Under the pieces are notes generated by a model. The model was given only the letters and a program-made list of their open reading frames with translations. It did no database searches and was not told the DNA's origin. The translations under genes and the position numbers were made by a program. A stretch of 32,000 bases of DNA, from the NCBI RefSeq assembly GCF_003945235.1, contig NZ_RSDW01000001.1, positions 1,200,001 to 1,232,000 on the forward strand, given 5' to 3'. Source of the DNA: Edaphobacter aggregans. GTDB taxonomy: Bacteria > Acidobacteriota > Terriglobia > Terriglobales > Acidobacteriaceae. This document shows, one piece after another, positions 27,592 through 32,000 of this stretch (position 1 is the first letter of the stretch; each line of letters opens with the position of its first letter).

Positions 27592-29873
27592 ATCACACCC
27601 CACTTGCGCCGCAGCATCCATTGCCCCGACATCAACCCCAGCAGCAACAGAAACACAATCGGCATGTTCCAAAGTTCCTTCGTATCCCGCACCGAGATCC
27701 CCGCCTCCGAGTACGAAATCTCGCGCGGCAGCCGCCCCAGCTCATCCGCCTTCCAATACCTCCCACCAGTCTGCGACGATAACTTCTCCAGCAACTCTCG
27801 GTTCTGCTCTGTGTGAAAGTTCTCCGCCACACCATCCGTCCGCTCGAACGTCAGCACATCTCTTCCCAACTCATCCGCACCACGCCCAGCCGTCACCTCT
27901 GTCACATACGATCCCGGCTTTTCCGCCGTCCACTCCGCTTGAAATGTCCCGGCATTGTCCGGCACCGGCCTCATATCTACCAGCGCCGACGTACCCTCAG
28001 GCCCAATCACATGCGCCACAACACGCGCATCCGGAGCGGGCACATACTCCTTATCTCGCACCGTCGCCGTCAACCGCACTCGCCCATCATCCATCAACCT
28101 CTGTACTGGCATCGACGCCATCACGCGGCCCGGAGAATCAGCCGCCACCCATCGCAACAACTGCTGCCAGAACATATCGTGCGTCGGATCACCCAGCGCC
28201 TGACTCATCTGCCACCGCCACGTCCCCGACGTCGCCATCACCGCCGTCCGTCCCCGTCCGTAGTTCTGCGTCACCAGCAGCGGAAGTCTGGCACGCCCCA
28301 CGTTCATCTCCGCCAGCACAGTTGCACCCGGCTTCGGACTCCCCGCATCCTGATAGTCCATCATGTAAGGCAGCTTCTTCCACCGCTCTACATTCTTCGT
28401 CGGATCATCCAGCAAACGCATCACCGCACTATCCGCACCCGCCGCCGTCAACTGTGCCGTAGCCGGATCGCGATGGAACGTATTCTTCCCATTCGGCAGA
28501 AAAGTCGGCAGCAACTCGGTCACACTCGAAGCACCCCATCCACCATCGGCCAGTGCAAATCTTCCACCCAGGAACAGCAGCCCACCGCCTCGCCGATCCA
28601 CAAACTCACGCAGCAGTTCCTGCTGCCTCGGCGTAAAGTATCCCGCCTCCACCGATCCGATGATGATCCCGTCATAGCGAAACAGGTCCTCGGCCTTCAC
28701 CGGAAAACCATCCGCCAACTCCCCCGGATCGCTGATCCCCTGCCGATAAATCTTGTTCTCCGTCGTCCGCAGCATTGAAACGATCTGCATGCTGTGGTCA
28801 TCCTCCGCAGCACGCCGGATAAACTTGTACTCCCACCGCGGCTCACCCTCCACATACAGAATCCGCCGCCGATCCCCACTCACGCTCACCAGCCGAGCCG
28901 TCGCATTGTTCGCAACATTCTCCTCGCCCCCCAACGGCTCCAACGAAAACTGCACCTGCTTCACTCCAGCCGTTCCCGCATTGAAGAACACCGTCTCCGC
29001 CTGAATCGCCCCATCCGCGCCTAACGTCACATCCTTTGACGCCAACGCCTTATTACCATCCTTCACCACCAGCGTCGTCTTACCACCCGCATAACCGCGC
29101 TGATGAAAACTCACCGTAGCCTTCATCCGCGAATCCGCCAGCGCCCGCGAGGCCACACTCACATCATCCATCTCAACGTCATGTCCCGCCTGCTCCTTCC
29201 CAAACCCCACCGTATGTACCGGCAACCGCCGATTCCTCAGCGAGCTGATCGTCTCCAGATCAATCCCGCCGTTATTCTCTCCGCCATCACTCAGCAGCAC
29301 GACTGCCCCCACAGGCAGGTCCGCCGTCTCTGCCACCAACTGCTTCAGCCCGTCATTAATGTGAGTAGCCGAAGCCGTCGCCTGCATCCCGTCCACCTTC
29401 TCAACACGAGCGATCCTCGAATCCATCCGATACACCCGCGTCTGAAACCGCTGCTGCAACCCCGCCAGAATCCCCTCGTTCAGTGAACGAATCGCAGCAG
29501 CCTCCCGCGCAGTCTTCCCATCACCGCCACTATCAGCAATCGCCATGCTTCGCGAGTCGTCCACCAACACAGCAATCAAATTCTGCTGCGACTTCAACTC
29601 CGCAACCGTAATCGCTGGCTGCCACAACAGCACCAGCACCAGAGTCACCAACAGCGACTGAAGCAGCCAAACCACACCCGCTCGCCAAGTCTGCATCTTC
29701 GGAGCTGCTTCGGGCAGCCGCGACCGTATAAGCCACCCCAACCCTGCCACCGACGCAACAATCAGCAGCAACAATACCCATCCCGGCCACGCGCCAAGCA
29801 GCACCAACCTGCCTTTGGTAAACACCGTGATTGGGTACTTGAAGAAAAATTCAAACATGCCTGGGGCCTGCAT
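27588..29873 (-). CDS. Membrane protein with VWA domain and class-I glutamine-amidotransferase-like (DUF1355-type) domain
   Basis: 761 aa. Two N-terminal TM helices follow MFEFFFKYP. There is a MIDAS motif VLVDDSRSM (29547-29561) and a VWA end LLSDGGENNG. The GATase-like core is RRILYVEGEPRWEYKFIRR…GGGLLFLGG, and a C-terminal TM anchor (IVFLLLLGLMSGQWMLRRKWG) closes the protein. The start could instead be Met6 (29858). Confidence 0.8.
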   Translation of the reverse strand: MQAPGMFEFFFKYPITVFTKGRLVLLGAWPGWVLLLLIVASVAGLGWLIRSRLPEAAPKMQTWRAGVVWLLQSLLVTLVLVLLWQPAITVAELKSQQNLIAVLVDDSRSMAIADSGGDGKTAREAAAIRSLNEGILAGLQQRFQTRVYRMDSRIARVEKVDGMQATASATHINDGLKQLVAETADLPVGAVVLLSDGGENNGGIDLETISSLRNRRLPVHTVGFGKEQAGHDVEMDDVSVASRALADSRMKATVSFHQRGYAGGKTTLVVKDGNKALASKDVTLGADGAIQAETVFFNAGTAGVKQVQFSLEPLGGEENVANNATARLVSVSGDRRRILYVEGEPRWEYKFIRRAAEDDHSMQIVSMLRTTENKIYRQGISDPGELADGFPVKAEDLFRYDGIIIGSVEAGYFTPRQQELLREFVDRRGGGLLFLGGRFALADGGWGASSVTELLPTFLPNGKNTFHRDPATAQLTAAGADSAVMRLLDDPTKNVERWKKLPYMMDYQDAGSPKPGATVLAEMNVGRARLPLLVTQNYGRGRTAVMATSGTWRWQMSQALGDPTHDMFWQQLLRWVAADSPGRVMASMPVQRLMDDGRVRLTATVRDKEYVPAPDARVVAHVIGPEGTSALVDMRPVPDNAGTFQAEWTAEKPGSYVTEVTAGRGADELGRDVLTFERTDGVAENFHTEQNRELLEKLSSQTGGRYWKADELGRLPREISYSEAGISVRDTKELWNMPIVFLLLLGLMSGQWMLRRKWGVI

Positions 29874-29920
29874 CTCGAAAAGCGGTGCTGCACTTCCATC
29901 AACGACAATCCATCAGACAA

Positions 29921-30724
29921 TCAGTGCGTCATGCCATAAACGATATAGTTCAGCCCCACGCGAAACGCCATGGAAGCAAACTGCTCCGGGTACTCCGGAT
30001 CGTCCGCCCACTCCCACGCATCGCCCAGGTGCATGTTGTGGCAAATCGCAACCACGATCCGTCCATGGTCATCGCGAATCGCCCGCCACTTCGCCACATA
30101 GCCGTCCTTCTCATACGTCCTGCCCGTGCGAATGTACTGCTCGCCCGGCACCTGAAACCGATCGTCCATGTCATACAGCACATGAAAAATCTCGTCCTTG
30201 TTCTCCAAATCCTCGACCGGCCGATCCGGAAAGACCTGCCGCATGCCATTCATGAAGTTCTCCCAATCGGCCGTCCCGTGGAAATCATCCACCATCAGAA
30301 ATCCGCCCTTCAGCAGATACTCCCGTAGCCGCTTCGCCTCTTCCTCCGTAAACGACCACGTCTGCACCTGCACCGCATACACCCACGGATAATTGAAGAT
30401 ATCGTCCGAATCCAGGTTCACCACCTGCTCTGTAGGACGACCCTCAATCCGCGTCAGCCGATTCAGCGCAATCAAAAACTGCCTGTCAGCCTTCGGATAA
30501 TCCCGCGACCAGGTCGCCCACCCGCGCCCATAGTACCCACCATATCCCCCATAACCGCTGCTCCCCAGGTTCGACGTATAACTCAGCCGCGACCACGCAA
30601 ACTCAGCCTTTACATTACTTTGCTCCGGCTGATACCCCCAGTCCGCCACCCGCTGATACGCAGCCACCGCCGAGCAGAACACCACTGCGACCACGGCAAC
30701 CAACATCGCCTGCACGACCTTCAT
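29921..30724 (-). CDS. DUF4159 domain protein (signal-anchored), first gene of the MoxR/VWA operon
   Basis: 267 aa with an N-terminal hydrophobic anchor. The family-like pattern is FAWSRLSY…DYPKAD…LDSDDIFNYPWVY…EEAKRLREYLLKGGFLMVDDFHG…FPDRP…LGDAWEW…GLNYIVYGMTH. The match to DUF4159 is recalled from memory, not searched. Confidence 0.78.
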   Translation of the reverse strand: MKVVQAMLVAVVAVVFCSAVAAYQRVADWGYQPEQSNVKAEFAWSRLSYTSNLGSSGYGGYGGYYGRGWATWSRDYPKADRQFLIALNRLTRIEGRPTEQVVNLDSDDIFNYPWVYAVQVQTWSFTEEEAKRLREYLLKGGFLMVDDFHGTADWENFMNGMRQVFPDRPVEDLENKDEIFHVLYDMDDRFQVPGEQYIRTGRTYEKDGYVAKWRAIRDDHGRIVVAICHNMHLGDAWEWADDPEYPEQFASMAFRVGLNYIVYGMTH

Positions 30725-30871
30725 CGGCGGACCCCCGGTAGTGGGTGCTAGTAGGCGCGAGAATATCAGACTTTCCGATCAATCCGTGCCCGGCAACGTT
30801 CGCCCCTACGGTGTTGCTATAGACGAAGCCCACCGGCAACATGTTGCGTCCACCCATCACGATTTCGCCCA

Positions 30872-30877
30872 TATAAT
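30872..30877 (+). promoter_or_regulatory. Consensus -10 hexamer TATAAT upstream of the second GH3 gene
   Basis: A perfect TATAAT lies 54 nt upstream of the ATG at 30931. No convincing -35 box sits at 16-18 nt spacing. Confidence 0.25.
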
Positions 30878-30930
30878 GGCCACGCTTCAGAAATCGCTTT
30901 CTCAAACGCATCTAGCAGGAGACAAACCAC

Positions 30931-32000
30931 ATGGCACATCATCATATCCGCCTACTATCCGGCATATTCGCTGCCCTGACCCTCCTGCCGCTCCGTGCTC
31001 AACAACAACCAGACCCCGCCACACTCCCCTACATGAACCCCGCGCTCCCCATTGACCAGCGCGTCGACGACCTCATCGGCCGCATGACCCTCGAAGAAAA
31101 AGTCTCCCAGATGCGCGACCGAGCCCCCACGATCTCGCGCCTCAACATCCCCCGCTACGACTGGTGGAACGAAGGCCTGCACGGCGTCGCCTTCGCCGGT
31201 AACGCCACCAACTTCCCGCAAGTCATCGGCATGGCCGCCACATGGGACACCGACCTCGTCCACACCATGGGCCAGACCATCTCCACCGAAGCCCGCGCCA
31301 AATACAACCAGGCCATGCGCGACAACGACCACGAGATGTTCTTCGGCCTCACCTTCTGGGCGCCCAACATCAACATCTTTCGTGACCCCCGCTGGGGCCG
31401 CGGCCAGGAGACCTACGGCGAAGATCCATTCCTCACCGGCCGCATGGGTGTAGCCTTCGTCTCCGGCATGCAGGGCGACGACCCCAAATACCTCAAGCTC
31501 GTCTCCACCCCCAAACACTACGCCGTCCACAGCGGCCCCGAGCTCCTCCGCCACCGCTTCAACGTCGACGTCTCCCCGCACGATCTCGAAGACACCTACC
31601 TCCCAGCCTTCCGCGCCACCGTAACCGACGCCCACGCTCAATCCGTCATGTGCGCCTACAACGCAATCGACGGCGCCCCCGCCTGCGCCAACACCATGCT
31701 CCTCCGCGACCACCTCCGCGACGCCTGGCACTTCGACGGCTATGTCGTCAGCGACTGCGCCGCCGTAGCCGACGTCAACACCGGACACCACTACGCCCCC
31801 GACATGGCCCACGCCGCCGCCGCCGCCCTCAAAGCTGGCACCGATCTCGAGTGCGGCTTCGGCCAGGGCCAAGCCTTCCCCGCTCTCGTCGAAGCGGTCA
31901 AACAGAACCTCATCACCGAAGAAGAAATCAACACCGCCTTGCATCGCCTCTTCCGCGCACGCTTCCGCCTCGGCATGTTCGATCCGCCCTCCACCTACGC
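30931..32000 (+). CDS. Glycoside hydrolase family 3 enzyme, paralog of 9724-12405, N-terminal 356 aa (continues beyond window end)
   Basis: Hand translation gives MAHHHIRLLSGIFAALTLLPLRAQQ… (signal peptide), then MTLEEKVSQM, YDWWNEGLHGVA, NINIFRDPRWGRGQETYGEDPFLT, KHYAVHSGPE and GYVVSDCAAV. An AGGAGA ribosome-binding site lies 8 nt upstream. It is not in the ORF track because no stop falls in the window. The listed 30955-31944 minus ORF is its antisense shadow. Confidence 0.88.
   Translation, partial: MAHHHIRLLSGIFAALTLLPLRAQQQPDPATLPYMNPALPIDQRVDDLIGRMTLEEKVSQMRDRAPTISRLNIPRYDWWNEGLHGVAFAGNATNFPQVIGMAATWDTDLVHTMGQTISTEARAKYNQAMRDNDHEMFFGLTFWAPNINIFRDPRWGRGQETYGEDPFLTGRMGVAFVSGMQGDDPKYLKLVSTPKHYAVHSGPELLRHRFNVDVSPHDLEDTYLPAFRATVTDAHAQSVMCAYNAIDGAPACANTMLLRDHLRDAWHFDGYVVSDCAAVADVNTGHHYAPDMAHAAAAALKAGTDLECGFGQGQAFPALVEAVKQNLITEEEINTALHRLFRARFRLGMFDPPSTY

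Noticed and set aside
30955-31944. A 329-aa minus-strand ORF listed in the track.
   Set aside because: It is Gly/Val/Ala/Glu-rich antisense noise. The opposite strand encodes an unmistakable GH3 N-terminal domain with a signal peptide and ribosome-binding site.
1-32000. Searched by eye for CRISPR repeat-spacer arrays, tRNA/rRNA genes, toxin-antitoxin pairs, and defence-island hallmarks (nucleases, methyltransferases, reverse transcriptases, STAND NTPases).
   Set aside because: None were recognised. Every ORF longer than 140 aa with coding character is accounted for by the metabolic genes and the MoxR/VWA operon. Small RNAs cannot be excluded without covariance-model searches.

Overview
High-GC (~60%) bacterial chromosome. 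The gene content looks like Acidobacteriota (Acidobacteriaceae/Terriglobia-like), but that is an inference. No rRNA, tRNA, CRISPR array, transposase or integrase was recognised. The window splits into two blocks.

(1) 1-16141 is a plant-glycan and uronic-acid block. It holds an edge-truncated Tat-signal protein, a GH27 alpha-galactosidase and a GH79-like beta-glucuronidase. An unrelated class-I DAHP synthase and a PHP/CehA-type metallohydrolase sit in the middle. Then comes a divergently transcribed ROK regulator, followed by SDR, GH3 (with PA14 insert), GH67 alpha-glucuronidase and enolase-superfamily D-mannonate dehydratase. The last three are translationally coupled.

(2) 16747-30724 is one ~14 kb minus-strand operon of eight genes: DUF4159, a VWA/GATase-like membrane protein, a legumain(C13)-like protein, a TPR-flanked HExxH protein, a MoxR AAA+ ATPase, DUF58, a BatA_N/VWA protein, and a 1241-aa DUF4175-like protein. 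Five of its seven junctions are 4-nt start/stop overlaps. This is an expanded relative of the Bacteroides 'Bat' aerotolerance operon with no known mechanism, and it is the best candidate here for an undescribed envelope system. It carries two protease-like components, three intact MIDAS motifs and very long Gln/Gly/Arg-rich low-complexity tracts.

A second GH3 paralog starts at 30931 and runs off the window. Two real genes (1-572 minus, 30931-32000 plus) are missing from the ORF track because they are edge-truncated. Family calls come from motif recognition by eye; no searches were run.
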